Shown one piece after another: positions 14,201-28,788 of a DNA stretch of 64,000 bases. Made by a program: the position numbers and the translations under genes. Source of the stretch: the human T2T-CHM13v2.0 reference genome, Homo sapiens. The stretch is taken from assembly GCF_009914755.1 (NCBI RefSeq), contig NC_060928.1. The stretch is one strand, 5' to 3'. The notes beneath the pieces were generated by a model. It worked only from the letters and a program-made list of their open reading frames with translations, was not told the DNA's origin and did no database searches. Positions within the stretch are counted from its first letter, which is position 1, and each line of letters begins with the position of its first letter.

Positions 14201-17130
14201 GTGTGAATACAGTGGGTCCTGGGTTTTTTCTGGTTGGTAGGCTTTTACTTTTAATTTCTGATTCAATTTCACAACTCGTTAGTGATCTATTCAGCTATTT
14301 AATCTCTTCCTCATTCAATCTTGGGAGGTTGTATGATTTCAGGAATTTATCTATTTCTTCTAGGTTTTTTTTTATTGTTTTCATATATGTGAGCATAATA
14401 GTCTCTGAGGGAATTTTCGTAGGTTCAGTGATAACATTCCCTATTTTATTTCTGATTGTGTTTATTTTTATCTACTCATTTTCTTTATTTGTATAACTAG
14501 TGGTATACCAATTTTATTTATTCTTTCAAGTAACCAACACTTGGATTCATTAATCTTTTGCATAATTTTTCTATTTCTATTTTCTTCATTTCAGTTCTAA
14601 TTTTGGTTATTTCTGGTCTTCTGCTAGCTTTGGTATTGGTTTGATCTTATTTTTCTTGTTCTTCTAGGTGTAATGTTAGTTTGTTAATATGAACTCTTTC
14701 TAAATTTTGATGTGAGCATCTAACACTATAAATTTCCCTCTTAAATATGCTTCGGCTATGTCCCAAGATTCTGGTATGTTGTACTTTTTCTCATTCGTTT
14801 AAAATAATTTCTTGATTTCTGCCTTAATTTCATTATTTATCCAAAATCATTCAGAAGCAGGTTGTTTAATTTCCATGTAATTGTATAATGTAGAGCACCT
14901 TCCTTAGTACTGATTTCTACTTTATTTTGCTGTGGTCTGAGAGAGTTGTTGGTATGATTTTAGGGTTTTTGATTTTGCTGATTTTTTTGGTTCACAATTA
15001 TGTGATCCATTTTAGATTATGCGCATATAAGAATAATATATATTCTGTGATTTTTGGTGGAGAGTTCTGTAGATGTGTTAGGTCTGTTTGACCAAGTGTC
15101 AAGTTCTGGTTCCCAATATCTTTGTAAGTTTCCTGCTTTGATGATCTGTCTACTACTGTCGGTGGGGTGTGTTGAAGTCTCCTACTATTATTGTGTGGTT
15201 ATTTAACTTTTTTCATAGGTCTCTAAGAATTACTTTATGAATCTGGGTCCTCCTGTGCTGGGTGCATATATATTTAGGATAATTAGTTCTTCTTGTTGAA
15301 TTGAACTCTCTACCACTATGTAATGCCCTTCTTTGTCTTCTTTATCTTGTTGGTTTAAAGTCTGCTTTGTCTGAAATTAGAAGAGTGATGCCTGCTTTCT
15401 TCTCTTTTCTCTTTGATTGGTAGAATTTTCTCCATCCATTTACTTTGAGTTGATGGGTATCTTTGCATGTCAAATCAGTTTTTTGAAGACAGCATACACT
15501 TGGATCTTCCTTCTTTATTTAACTTGCCACTCTGTGCCTTTTAAGTGGAGCATTCAGCCTGTTTACATTCAAGATTAATATTGATATGGGCAGACTTGAT
15601 CCTGTCATTATGTCGGTTAGCTGGTTATTATGCAGATTTAATTGTGTGGTTGCTTTATATTGTCAGTGGTCTATGTACTTAAGTGTATATTTGTGGTGGC
15701 TGGTAATGGTATTTCCTTTCCACATTTAGCACTCCCTTAATACCTTTTATAAGTCAGGTCTGGTGGTAGCAAAATCCCCTAGCATTTGTTTGTCTGAAAG
15801 TGTTCTTATTTCTCCTTTGCATATAAAGCTTAGTTTGACTGTATATGAAATTCTTGATTGGAACTTCTTTTCTTCATGAATGCTAAATATAAACCCCTAA
15901 TCTCTTCCGGCTTATAAGGTTTCTGCTGAAAGTTCCAATGTTAGCCTGATGGCATTTCGTTTATAGATGACCTGCCCCTTCTTTCTAGCTGACTTTAACA
16001 TTTTTTATTTCATTTCGACCTTTGAGAATCTGGTGACTATGTGTCTAGTAGATGGTCATCTTGCATAGCATCTCACAGAAGTTTTCTACATTTCCTGAAT
16101 TTGAATGTTGACCTCTCTACTGAGGTTGTAAAAATTTTCATGGACGATACCTTCAAATATGTTTTCCAAGTTGCTTACACTCTCCCCATCTCTTTCAGGA
16201 ACACTAATGAGTCGTAAATTTGGTCTTTTTACTTAATCCCATATTTCTTGGGCATTTTATTTGTCTTTTTTCTTTATGTTTGTCTGATTAAGTTATTTTG
16301 GGTAACTTATGTTCAAGTTCTGAAATTCTTTCCTCAGCTTGGTCAATTCTGCTGTTAATACTTGAAATTGTATTAGGAAATTCTTGGAGTTTTTCAGCTC
16401 TTATCAGATCACATTGGTTCTTTCTTAAAATGGTCATTTTGTCTTTTATCTCCCTTACTGTTTAATTGTATTCCTTAAATTTTTTGATTAGATTTCAAGT
16501 TTTTCGTGATTCTCAATGATTTTTATTCTAATCCATATGCTGAGCTATATTTCTGTCATTTCATCATTTTCAGCCTGTTAAAAACATTGCTGGGGAACTA
16601 GTGCACTTATTTGGAGGTAAGAATTCATTCTGGCTTTGTGAGTTGGAAGAATTATTTCATGGGCTCTTTCTCATCTGTTTGGGCTGATGTTCCTTCAGTC
16701 TTTTAGGTTGCTGTCATTTAATTAGGATTTTTGCTTTTATCTTTCTTGATGTCCTTGGGGGATTGATCGTGATATAGGGTGTATTCATTTGGCTGGCTTT
16801 GTTTCTGGATAATTTTAGGGGGAAAATATCAGCTCAGTAATCCTGGACTTTAACTCTAACAGGCCTGGGACAAGGCCCAGAATTTTGCTATCTGGCCCCT
16901 TGACTTTAGAAACTTGATGCACTAGAGGGGCTAAGGTGTTCTCATTCTACTAATAGCTCCAACACTCTGATGGGTAGGGCCAACCAAAGTGCTTCATCAG
17001 GGTGGTGGCAGAGGGATCTGTGCCCACTTGCATGTCCCTGCAGCCACAATGGGGTGCACACACATTGGCTTAGGTGGGGTACTGACAGGAGCATGGCTGT
17101 GGCATTCCTGCATGTGCTCACACCCTATCT
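11288..17130 (-). mobile_element. Near full-length decayed L1PA15/16-like element
   Basis: 3' UTR ttggtgtacggattattttgtcacccaggtaataagcatagtacctgataggtag, then antisense ORF2, ORF1 and partial 5' UTR. Confidence 0.9.
12769..13068 (-). mobile_element. AluS nested in L1
   Basis: (TTTA)n tail, full dimer, TSD gttccagat/gttccaggt. Confidence 0.95.
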
Positions 17131-17344
17131 ACTTTATTAAATGACTGAGGACCTGTCTCTGTTATATGTATATCTCCATTAACATCTTTCCATATTGTTG
17201 TAAGTGAATTTCACGTTTAGCCACTCACTGCTTGCAGAGTCCCATTAACAAGAACAAATTGTGCTATAAAGTTCCAAAACTAGCTTAGGAGAAGAAGTAC
17301 AGGCTTAGGCTTCCTGCCTTAGGGGTACCAGTTTGAATTTTTAA

Positions 17345-20300
17345 TATAATGTGTGGCAATTTTTCAAGAAGATATAAAAATTATAAACATATAGGCACTC
17401 AACATTGGAGCATCTAAATATATAAAGCAACTATTAATAGACCTGAAAGGAGACATAGCAATATAATAATACTAGGGGATTTTAATACTCCAATTTTAAC
17501 AATGGATAGAGCTTTCCGACACAAAATCAAAAAGAAAATATTGGACTTGGATAGTACCTCAGATCAAACAAACTTTAAAAAGCGTATACAGAATATTTCA
17601 TCTCAAAGCAGCAGCATACACATTCTTCTCAAATATACATGCACCCTCTCCAGAATAAATAATAAGCTAGGCCAGAAAGCAAGTCTTAGAAATTTAAGAA
17701 GATTGAAATTATATGAAATATCTTGTCTGGTGATAATGCCATGAAACTAGAAATCAATAACAAGAGGAAAACTGTAAAATTAAAAAAATATGTGGAGACA
17801 AAACAAATATTATTGAACAATCAAGTGGGCAAAGAAGAAATCCAAAAGGTAGTCCAAAATATCTTAAGACATGAAAATGAAACACAACATTCCAAAACTT
17901 ATCAAATGCCGCCAAAACAGTTCCAAGAAAGATTTTAGCAATAAAGTCTAGGTAAAAAGAAAATATCAGAAAAACTTACTTTATACCTTAAGGAACTAGA
18001 GGAAGAACAATCCAATACCAAAGGTAGCAGAAGGAGGAATTTAACAAACGTCATAGCAGAAATAAATGAAATAGAAACTAGATAAACAGTAGAAAAGATC
18101 AATAAAACTGAGTTGGTTTTTTGAATAAGCAACTAAACTCATAAATGGAAGAGGAGACATTATAACTCTTATCACAGAAATACAAAAATCATGAGACTAC
18201 TATGAGTAATTACATGACAGAAAATTGGATAATCTAGAAGAAATTGATGAATTAGTATAAATATACAACCTACCAGGACTAAATCACAAAGAAATAAGTA
18301 ATTTTAACAGGTCAATAATGAGTCAGAAGATTTAATCTCTAGGAAAATACCTCCAAACAAATAAAAGCTGAAGACCTGATGGCTTCACTGGTAAATTCTA
18401 CCCAATATTTAAAGAAGACTATGATATCAATCCTTCTCAAACACCTGCAAAAAGCTGAGGAGGGAGTACTTTCAAATTGATTATATGAGTCCAATATTAA
18501 CCTGATACCAAAACCAGACAAGGATGCTGTAAGAGAAAAAAATTACAGGTCAGTGTCTCTGAGGAGAACAGATGCAAAACTCCTCAACAAAATGCTAGTA
18601 TACTGAATTCAACAACACATTCAAAGGACCATATGCCATGATTGAGTGAGGTTTACCCCTGAGATGTAAGGATGATTCAACATATACAAATCAATAAATG
18701 TGTTATACCATATTAACATAATGAAAAACAATAACGTAATGATGATCTCAATAGATTAACAGTAATCACTTGACAAAATTAAGCATGCTTTCATGATAAA
18801 AACTCTCAGAAAATAATGTGTAGAAAGAAAGTACTTCAACACAATAAAAAGCATATCACAATCATATAGCAAACATAACTCTTAACAGTAAGAAGCTGAA
18901 AGTTTTTTCTATAAGATCAGGAACAAGACAAGGATGCTCAGTTTAACCTCTTCTGTTCAGTATTGCGCTGAAGGTTCTATCCATAACAATAAGACAAGAA
19001 AAAGAAATAAAATATGTCCAAGTCAGAAAGGAAAAAGTAAAATTGTTTTTTATTGCAAATGGCAAAATTTTATATATAGATAACCCTGAAGACTCTACCA
19101 AAAAAGGAAGAACCAACAAATAAATTGAGTAAAACTTCAGGATACAAAATTAACATGCAGAATAACAATAGTGTATCCAAAAAATATTAAGAGAGCAATC
19201 TCATTTCTAATATTATCAAGAAGAATAAAATACTTAGGAACAAATTTAACCAAGAGGGAAAAAGTTGTACACTAAAAACTATAACATTGATGAAAGAAAT
19301 TGAAGATGACACAAATAAATGAAAATATATCCCATGTCATGGATCAGAATAATGAATATTGTCAAAATGTCCTTTCTTCCCAAAGTGATTTATGGATTCA
19401 ATAAAATGTCTATCAATATTCCAATGACACTTTTTACAGAAATAGAAATAATAGTTCTAGAATTTTATGAAACCACAAAAGACTCTGAATAGGTAAAGCA
19501 ATCTTGAACCAAAAAAAAAAGCAAAAAAACCCAAAAAACAAAGATGGAGGCATGACACTCTCTGATTTCAAAACATCATGATGTTTTGCATCAGATAAAC
19601 ACAGATATGTGGAACAATTGATCAGAATAGAAAGCCAGAAATAAACCTAAGCACATATGGTCACCTAATCTTAAACTAAGGTGCCAAGAAAACACAATGG
19701 AGAAATGATATCCTTTTCAATAAATGGCCTTGAGAAAACTGGATATTCACATGCCAAATAAAAAAAAAGAAATTAAATTTTTATCTCACACAACACTTAA
19801 ATATCAACTCAAAATGGAATAAAGACTTAAACGTTAAGACCTGAAACCATAAAACTCCTACATGAAAACACAGAGGAAAAGTTCCAGGACACTGATCTTG
19901 CCAATATATATTTGTTAGATCTGACACCTAAAGCACAAGCAACGAAAGCAAAAATAAACATGTGGGACTATATCAAATGAAAACATTTCTGCAAAGGAAG
20001 CAATCAACAAAATGCCAAGACAATTCATGGAATGGGAAAAATATTTGCAAACTATATCTTATAATGTGTTAATATCTAAAATATAGAAAAAAATGCATGC
20101 AACTCAACTGTAAAAAAACAAACAGCTAAAAAGTAGAAAAAAATGTTTTAAATAGACATTTCTGAAAGGAAGACATACAAATGGCCAACACATACATAAA
20201 AAGGTGCTCAACATCATTAATCACTAGAGTAAAGCAAATCAAAATCACAATGAATTATCATCTCACATTTGTTAGAATGGCATAAAATATTTAGAAGTTA

Positions 20301-21446
20301 AGTGTTGATGAAGGTTTAGTGAAAAAGGAACCCTCACAAACATTGTTGGTGGGAATGTAAATTGGTACAAGCATTAGTAAAACTATATAGAGTGTAATCA
20401 AAAATTAAAAATAGAACTACCATATTATTTAACAATCCTACTTTAGGCTACATATGCAAAGGAAATAAAATCACTATCTTGAAGGGGGGCTTTACTTACT
20501 TGTTTATTGCAGTTTTATTCACAATAGCCAAGATATGCAAACAACCTATGTATCTGTTAACAGATGCTTGTATTAAAAAAAAAAAACCACAACAACCCTG
20601 TGGGATATATGTATATGCATATGTATATCCCACAGTATTTACCCAATTTAGATGATAAAGTTTATTTGTGCACATACCCAAATATGATAATATTTACCTA
20701 GAAATTATATAGACAACTAGTGAACTTTATCATCCATATTGAGCTTATGGAAAACTTAAATATTTCAGAAGTGATTTTATGGTAATTGCTTGAGAGAAAG
20801 CTTTCTTATATTTATTACCTGATAAGGATAGATTCTTCTGATGAATGTTATTATGGAACAATGATCTTATTTATATCTCTATATGAATATTTGTCTTTAT
20901 ATCTCTATATATGAATATTAGTCCACATTAGAAAAGAGGAACATACTGCCATTTACACAACATGGATGATTTTGAAGCATATTGTGCTAAGTGAAATAAG
21001 CCAGGCACAAAAAAGACAAATGTTGCATAATCTCATTTATATGTAATATCTAAAAGAGTAAAAGTCATAGATACAGAGAGGAGAAGAATGCTTACTAGGT
21101 TTGGGGGGTAGAGGATAAGAGAAAATGTTGGTCAAATGACACAAACTTGCATTTATAAGATGAATAAGTTCTAGATACCTAACGTGTAGCATGGCAACTA
21201 TAGTTAATACTATTACGTATACTTGAAATTTGCTAAGGGAGAAGAACTTAATTATTCTCACCACGTACACAAAAAAGGTACCTAAGTGAGGCGATGGATA
21301 TCTTAATTAGCTTCATTATTATAATTGTTTTACAATGTATATGTATATGAGTACATCATGTTTTATAACTTGAAAATATCTGCAACATTTTACAAATATT
21401 TGCAATTTTTTGTCAATTGTATCTCGATAGAAAAAGCTGAGAAAAA
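17345..21446 (+). mobile_element. Old L1 (L1MA8-10-like), right piece: ORF2 through 3' UTR
   Basis: decayed ORF2 resumes after the KEG motif; L1MA-type 3' end (gaataagttctagatacct...aaagctgagaaaaa). Confidence 0.88.
20686..20874 (+). repeat. Diverged local copy of 23228-23413 inserted into the L1MA 3' region
   Basis: aligns by eye: ttatggaaaactta(a/c)atatttcagaag(t/g)gatttta...gtaattgcttgagagaaa...tatttattacctga. Confidence 0.9.
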
Positions 21447-23054
21447 TGTAGATACTCCCCTGGCTTAAACAAGTACAGCAAATATTTGCCTTATTGCACA
21501 TGGAGTATTGGTACATGGAATATTAAATCTTTTAGAAAAATTTTTAAGAAAAATGTATTAAGTGGGTAATTAAGCATCATTGCATGTACAAGAAATATAA
21601 TAAATCTTATTCAAGATATATAGATTTAAACATTAAGTGTTTAAAAAAAACTTTGTAGGTCTTCTATAATTCTTATTATCCACATGACAAAACAATATTA
21701 AACTAAAAGAGAAACAATATACTCAATTTTATGAGCCTCACTAAAGGAATAAATAGTATAGTAAATTTTCAGAGAGATTATCTTAGATTGCTAATGGTGT
21801 CATTAATTTATCATCAAACATTGCCTAGTTGCTCCCAACTTAAGAAGATTGTAATAGTAGATATGAGATGAGAGCAGAAGAATAGCTCAGGGAAAATGAA
21901 GAGCTAAGTACATGTGATTTTTTTGTTTTGTTTATTTTTTATCATGGCCAACAATTTCAGGATTGCGTGTATGCAATGAGATATGTTACAGGCTCTGTTT
22001 CTGAGAAATATCACCTTAATAAACAGTATAACTGCACTTCTTTTTTTTTAGCATTTCCTCTTATTTGCTCCTTTTCTTCCTTGGTTTTAAAGTTGTTGCT
22101 TTAAATATCACTGAGTGTGGGTGTGCGAGAGAGAGAGAGACAGACCAAATGTTCTTTAACTTTTTTTTAAATTAAGCATTTATCCTAATGATGTGACTTC
22201 AGGATGATATAGTACTTTCTCTCTAGCAACCCACTTACTTTCACTAGTCTTCTATCATTTTCTTGAGAAGTCCTAACATCCTCACAGGCCGTTCCTTGTA
22301 GGAAATGGCCACCTCCAAATAAAACCTTCCTTTTAAAAATTAAATGACAAATTAAACTTATTAATACAGCTTGATTTCCAGTAGGGGTTAATCAAATTTC
22401 ACCTGAATTAATTAACAAATGTATTTTAGAGTAGAAAGACATTTATAATCTATGTATTTGCCTTTAATTCCTGGTTATTGTTTATCTAATTTTATACTGA
22501 AGAAAGTATAAAGAAGATAAGAATAAACAACAAAAAACACTCTTAAAGCAAAATTACAGTATTGAATTGCTGCTGAGAAAATGATATTCCACATATTTCA
22601 ATGTTATAAAATTAGAATCCAAATGTATGAAGAAGGGAGCATTTGGACCAGTATACATATTAGTTAAATTGCTGAAAATATCTATTTCATGTCAAATAAT
22701 ATATGACCTTTCTGAGCAACACACTGTGATATTGTTAATATGTTAGATGAATATAAATAATTAAATATATAATTCTTCTCTTCAGGGTTTTAGAATTTAA
22801 CTAAGAAATATGTCCATCCAAAAAAGAATAAAGAGAAAATATTTTTACGTACTTCATTGTATATGGAAAATGGCATTATTTAGAATAAGGAAAAATTGTG
22901 TGTAGAAGGAGAACAGGATGATCACAGTGGACATGTGGTTCACTAATCTAGGAATAATTTCTTGGAGGCCACCAACTATGTCAATCTCTTTCTGTGTTGC
23001 ATTTTCTCTGTGCTTTGACATAATAGATGATAAAATGTACATTTAAATTTGATT

Positions 23055-23136
23055 TTTTTAGAATAAATTTAAGGATCAGATGCTAAACTATGGATCTAAA
23101 TTTTTAGAATAAATTTAAGAATCTAATGCTAAATTA
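23055..23136. repeat. Two-copy tandem duplication (~46-bp period)
   Basis: tttttagaataaatttaag(g/a)atc..atgctaaa twice. Confidence 0.8.
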
Positions 23137-25682
23137 TTTAAGTGGACTCATGTTCTATCTATTTTAGCAAATTCATCACAGATATAAAATTATAAAATGA
23201 GTTAAAGTCCCCTTGAAAGACCTGTAAATAGTATTTATCCAAAAATTATATATACAAATAATAAACTTTATCATCCAAATTAAGGTTATGGAAAACTTAC
23301 ATATTTCAGAAGGGATTTTACAGTAATTGCTTGAGAGAAAACTTATTCGTATTTATTACCTGACAAGGGTAGTTTCCACTGATAACCCTTTATGGAGCAA
23401 TTATCTTATTTATCATTCACCCCATGCCAGGAATGTGGAGCTGAGAATGCAACTTCTTGTAGGACTTAATAGGAGTCCTTTGCAATTGAAGCGGGAGGGG
23501 CAAATTGAATAAGCTCATGTCTGAATTTTGTCTGGAAAACCTACAGAGTTAAGAAGAGATGGCTGTATTTGATAGCAAAAAATTCTCAAGTTTCTTAGGC
23601 CAAAGAAAGTATGAGGTTTTCCTAAGATTCAAACATGAAGTACCAAGGTTGGAAGGGCAATGAAACTGAAACAGATACTCTGTGTAAAGGGTACTACCTA
23701 CAAACATGTATCAAGCAGGAGGGTAGGCAATACTTTTACCATCTAACGGAGCATGGATTTTTTTGTCCAAAAAAAAAAAAAAAGGTCGGTGAGAGACTTC
23801 TAAACTCTAGGAAACACACACACACAAAAGCTAATGAGAAAAATTTGGCTGTAATCTAAAGGAATAAGAGTTTGTGAGGACGTCTCAAGTTATAACTTTC
23901 CTAATTGTTATAGCTTGCAATTTTGTATCTGTGATGACAAGATAGAAGAGAAGTGAAGTTTTAAGGCTGATAACTAAAAATATAGAAACACTCTCACCTT
24001 AACTGGGTATAGGCTTCTTGTGTGCTGCAAACCCAAGCTGGAGAAGGAGGAAGGAATATGAATACCAACAAAAGCTTTGACCTTATTACAGAAAGATTGG
24101 GTATTTTAAATGTACTGTTGAGTCTTTTATTTTGCTACGTAAACTAACTATAGAAATTGTATGGTGTAGAACAAAAATGTATGGTCTTATTCATGTGTTT
24201 AATCTATGGCCAATGGAAGAACTAGCTCCACTGAATACAGAATAAACGAATAGTCAGATGAAAAAGTAAAGTTGTATCTGTCAGTGGCAAGCACATAGTA
24301 CTCCATAATTACATTACTACTTATTTGCAGAGCTTAACAAACATTTGATACTAGCTACAAACTCTTGACGATTTTAGGATCCTGTGTATACTGGCATGCT
24401 TTACATACTTGATTCATAAACTCAGTGTTTTTAATGATATATGTTTCAGATTTTTTAGGTAGAAAATGAGGTTTATGATAAATCTAAAAATACTACTAAA
24501 TAATGTTTCATGTGGGTGTTTGTGTGTTATGTGTTAAGCTACATTTTCTGTTAGAGTTTATTAAGTATAGCAGGTTTGTCATGTTAGTACTTTAATTCTA
24601 ATGATGACAAATAGAATACATCTAATAAATACCATTAATCCTTTACATTAATGTGTTTGTCTTCTACTACTGTGTAGCAAATTACCAGAAATTTAGCAGC
24701 TTAAACAACACACATTTATTATCTCACAATTTCTGTAAATCAGGAGTCTGAACACAGTCAGCTGAGTCCTCTGCCAAGGATCTTACAATGCTGTAATCAA
24801 GGGGTTGGCTAGGCTGTATTCATATCTGAAGGCCCAGCTGGGGAAGAATTACTACCAAGCTCATCTGAGTTGCTAGCAGAATTAATATTCTTGCATTGTA
24901 GGACTGTTCAACCCAGCTTTTTCTAGCTATAAGCTGGAGGCCTTCCTCAACTTTTGTAGGGAACCTCAGCTCTTACACCACTTCTTTTCCACACTGTCTA
25001 GACTCACCCAGAGGTTGCCTGCTGTTGCCTGTTATGTAGGCTTCTCCAACATTGCCACTTCATTTAGTCAGCATGGAGAGTCTCAAAAGAAAGTGGGATA
25101 GCAGGACGGAGTCTTGTGTAATATAATAACAAGAGTGACATCTCATCTTTGACATATTCTATTCATTAGTTGCAGTCATAGGTCCTGCTTACGCTCAACT
25201 AAATGGAATTACAGAAGGGTGTGAAAAATAGAAAACAGAATCATAGGTGGTCACTGTAGGGTGAGGTGTCAGAGTCCCAGCAGTAGAGAGTGGTTGGCTT
25301 GTGGGTGGTAAAATATTTCACTGACAGCAGTACAGGTTTGAAAAAAAGAAAAGCTTTATTAGATAGAAAGAATGCTGCGTCAGAGTTCAGAGGGGCACTT
25401 CGGCAAGGAGGACTGAGCACTCTGTGGTGGATTTTCCTTAGTGGTATTTATGGACTTTAAAATGGGAGTTTAAGGGTAATTTGGACCATGCTAGCAAGTA
25501 GGTCATAATAAATGATTACGTTTGTAAACATTTTGATGCCTTGAGGTCAGCAAGGGTGACACAATGAGCTTTGACATGCATGCATTCCAGAAATTTATAG
25601 AAATTCTAGTTACTTATAAATTTTGGAGAAAGAAGTCTGGTACTAGATGCTCGCTGATACGTTTAAGCTTTGTGTCCCCACC

Positions 25683-26042
25683 TGATATGGTTTGGCTGTG
25701 TCCCCACCCACATCTTATCTTGAATTGTAGCTCCCATAATTCCAACGTGTTGTGGGAAGATCTGGTGGGAGATAATTCAATCATGGGGGCAGTTTCCCAC
25801 ATACTGTTCTCATGGTAGCGAATAAGTCTCATGAGGTCTGATGATTTTATAAGGGGTTTCCCCTTTCACTGATTCTGATTCTATCTTGTCTGCTGCCATG
25901 TAAGATGTGCCTTTCATCTTCTACCACGATTGTAAGACCTTGCCAGCCACATGGAACTATGCGTCCGTTAAACCTCTTTTTCTTGATAAACTACCCAGTA
26001 TTGGGTATGTCTTTATCAGTAGCATGAAAATGGACTAATACA
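25683..26042 (+). mobile_element. THE1C-like solo LTR
   Basis: tgatatggtttggctgtgtcccc...ggactaataca; TSD ccacc/ccaca. Confidence 0.92.
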
Positions 26043-26067
26043 CCACACAAATCTCATCTTGATTCGC

Positions 26068-26298
26068 TTTTTTTTTTTTTCCTTTTGTCACTGATGCCTG
26101 CTCTGTTACCTAGTCTGGAGTACAGTAGCATGATCTCAGCTCACTGTAACCTCTGCCTCCGAGGCTCAAGCAATTCTCATGCTTCAGCCTCCCAAGAAGC
26201 TGGGACTACAGGTGCAGGCCACCACACCTAGCTACTTTTTGTATTTTTAGTAGAGAGGGGGTTTTGCCATGTTGGCCAGGCTGGTCTGGAATTCCTGA
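26068..26298 (-). mobile_element. 5'-truncated Alu
   Basis: poly-T and Alu body; TSD tcatcttgatt/tcatcctgaatt. Confidence 0.92.
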
Positions 26299-27967
26299 TC
26301 ATCCTGAATTATAATCCCCATAATCCCCATGTGTCAAGGGAAAGACCAGGTAGAGCTAATTGGATCATTGGGGTGGTTTCCCCATGCTGTTCTCATGATA
26401 GTGAGTGAGTTTTCATGAGATCTGGTGGTTTTATAAGGGGCTCATCCCCCTTCACTTGCACCTCTCCTCTCCTTCCACCTTGTGAAGAAGGTGCCTTGCT
26501 TCCCCTTCATCTTCTGCCATGATTGTAAGTTTCCTGAGGCCTCCCCAGGCATGCTGAACTGTGAGTCAGTTAAACCTCTTTCCTTTATAAATTATGCAGT
26601 CTCTGGCAGCTATTTATAGCAGTATGAAAACAGACTAATACACCAGCTTTAGATAATAGGGACATCTAATTACTTATGAATTACTCAGATAAAGAGTTTT
26701 GCCACTTGATGGTCTGCTTGATGGCTACCAGGTGATCTTTCTTTTCCTCAGTCACCTTAGAGTCCATCTGCTACTTTTATGATTCATCAGTAGAGGCTTT
26801 GTTGTAAGCAGGAGAACTTCTTTATAATCGCAATAAAGGTACACAAATTTACATCATAAAAATAGGTAATAGCATAAATACAATACACTTATTGTACTTA
26901 TTTAACTTCTGCAATTCATTTTATACAACGTTATAACCTTCTCACCAAAATTTATGCTAGAATTTCTAATTATTTGTTAGATTTATCTAATTTTTACTGT
27001 AATGTATATGCAACACAGAATGTGCCATATTATTCATTTTAACTGCGGAATTGAGTGTCAGTAATTGCACTCATAATTGTATGCAACAATCACCAATATC
27101 TTTCTGTTTTTCTATCGATCTAATGTATTATACATATTATATGATAACTATATATATACACTAAAATATTTAGGTATACACACATACAAACATATTTTCA
27201 CTGAGGTGTTCTTCATTTGAGTGAAAAAATGTCCCACTGATTTGAATGAAAAGGTTAGTTGCCTTTAGCTTAAGAGTATTAATATAGCTTTACAGTCTTA
27301 CAGTTTATGGTATGGTCTTTGCAGTAATTAAATCATTAGAATTTTTATTTCTTAGCTTAGCCAGGTTTTTGTTGTCATATTCTTATAAATGTCCAAACTC
27401 ATGTCTCTGAAGTTCTCATTCATTATTCTTAGCACTCTACCAGAACTACCAACTTCCTGATGAAGATATTTACAGCATACTAAATGTTGACTCTGAGATG
27501 CAATGGCTTTTCAAGGTAAAATAAAAATAACTATGAGAAAGTATAAATTTCATTGAACTTTTTATAAGAAACATTTTCTTCTGGTGAAAGATCAACATTC
27601 TCAGCAAGTAATATAATATTCAAAATTTTAAGTAATAAATGTGGAAAGCAATGTATAATATGTTATCTTTTCTTAAATTATCCTAAAAATGACCAGAGTG
27701 TTTGCTCTTCTTAGGTGAACTAGGAAATTGGTTGTTCTTTGTATTGTTTGAATTTATTAAAGCATGTATATATAAATATGGTATATATGTACATATGGTA
27801 TATCATATATATGCGGTAGTATACATGGTTTAATACATTCAAATATAAATTCAAATATATATCTATATAAATTGTTTATATATATTTGATTACTAAAATC
27901 CAGCTAATTTAAATGGAACAAAAATTATGTGTTTGATTTAGTGTCTATCACTTAAAAATAAATTTAA

Positions 27968-28378
<411 letters not shown>

Positions 28379-28481
28379 AGTTCACCTCTTGTGAACTTGA
28401 ACCCCTAAACATCTCCTGAGATGCTATTACATAAAATTAACAACACTTAAATGCTGATATGAAGTCAGTAAATCGTATGTT

Positions 28482-28788
<307 letters not shown>

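Larger units (their letters stand above)
25655..26642 (+). mobile_element. THE1D-like solo LTR interrupted by THE1C and an Alu
   Basis: tgatacgtttaagctttgtgtcccca...caaatctcatcttga...gactaataca. Confidence 0.85.
25255..26750 (-). mobile_element. Solo ERV LTR (MER4-group/ERV1-like; exact family uncertain), itself interrupted
   Basis: TG...CA termini, perfect flanking duplication gtcac (25250-25254, 26751-26755), AATAAA on the minus strand. Confidence 0.8.
24652..26774 (-). mobile_element. MLT1 (E/F-like) LTR, split by nested insertions at 25255-26750
   Basis: aaattaccagaaatttagcagcttaaacaacacacatttattatctcac...; terminal cttagagtccatctgctac resumes after the insert. Confidence 0.8.

Noticed and set aside
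23420-24315. Possible very old LTR (AATAAA and a terminal ACA)
   Set aside because: Too diverged to assign a family or boundaries by eye
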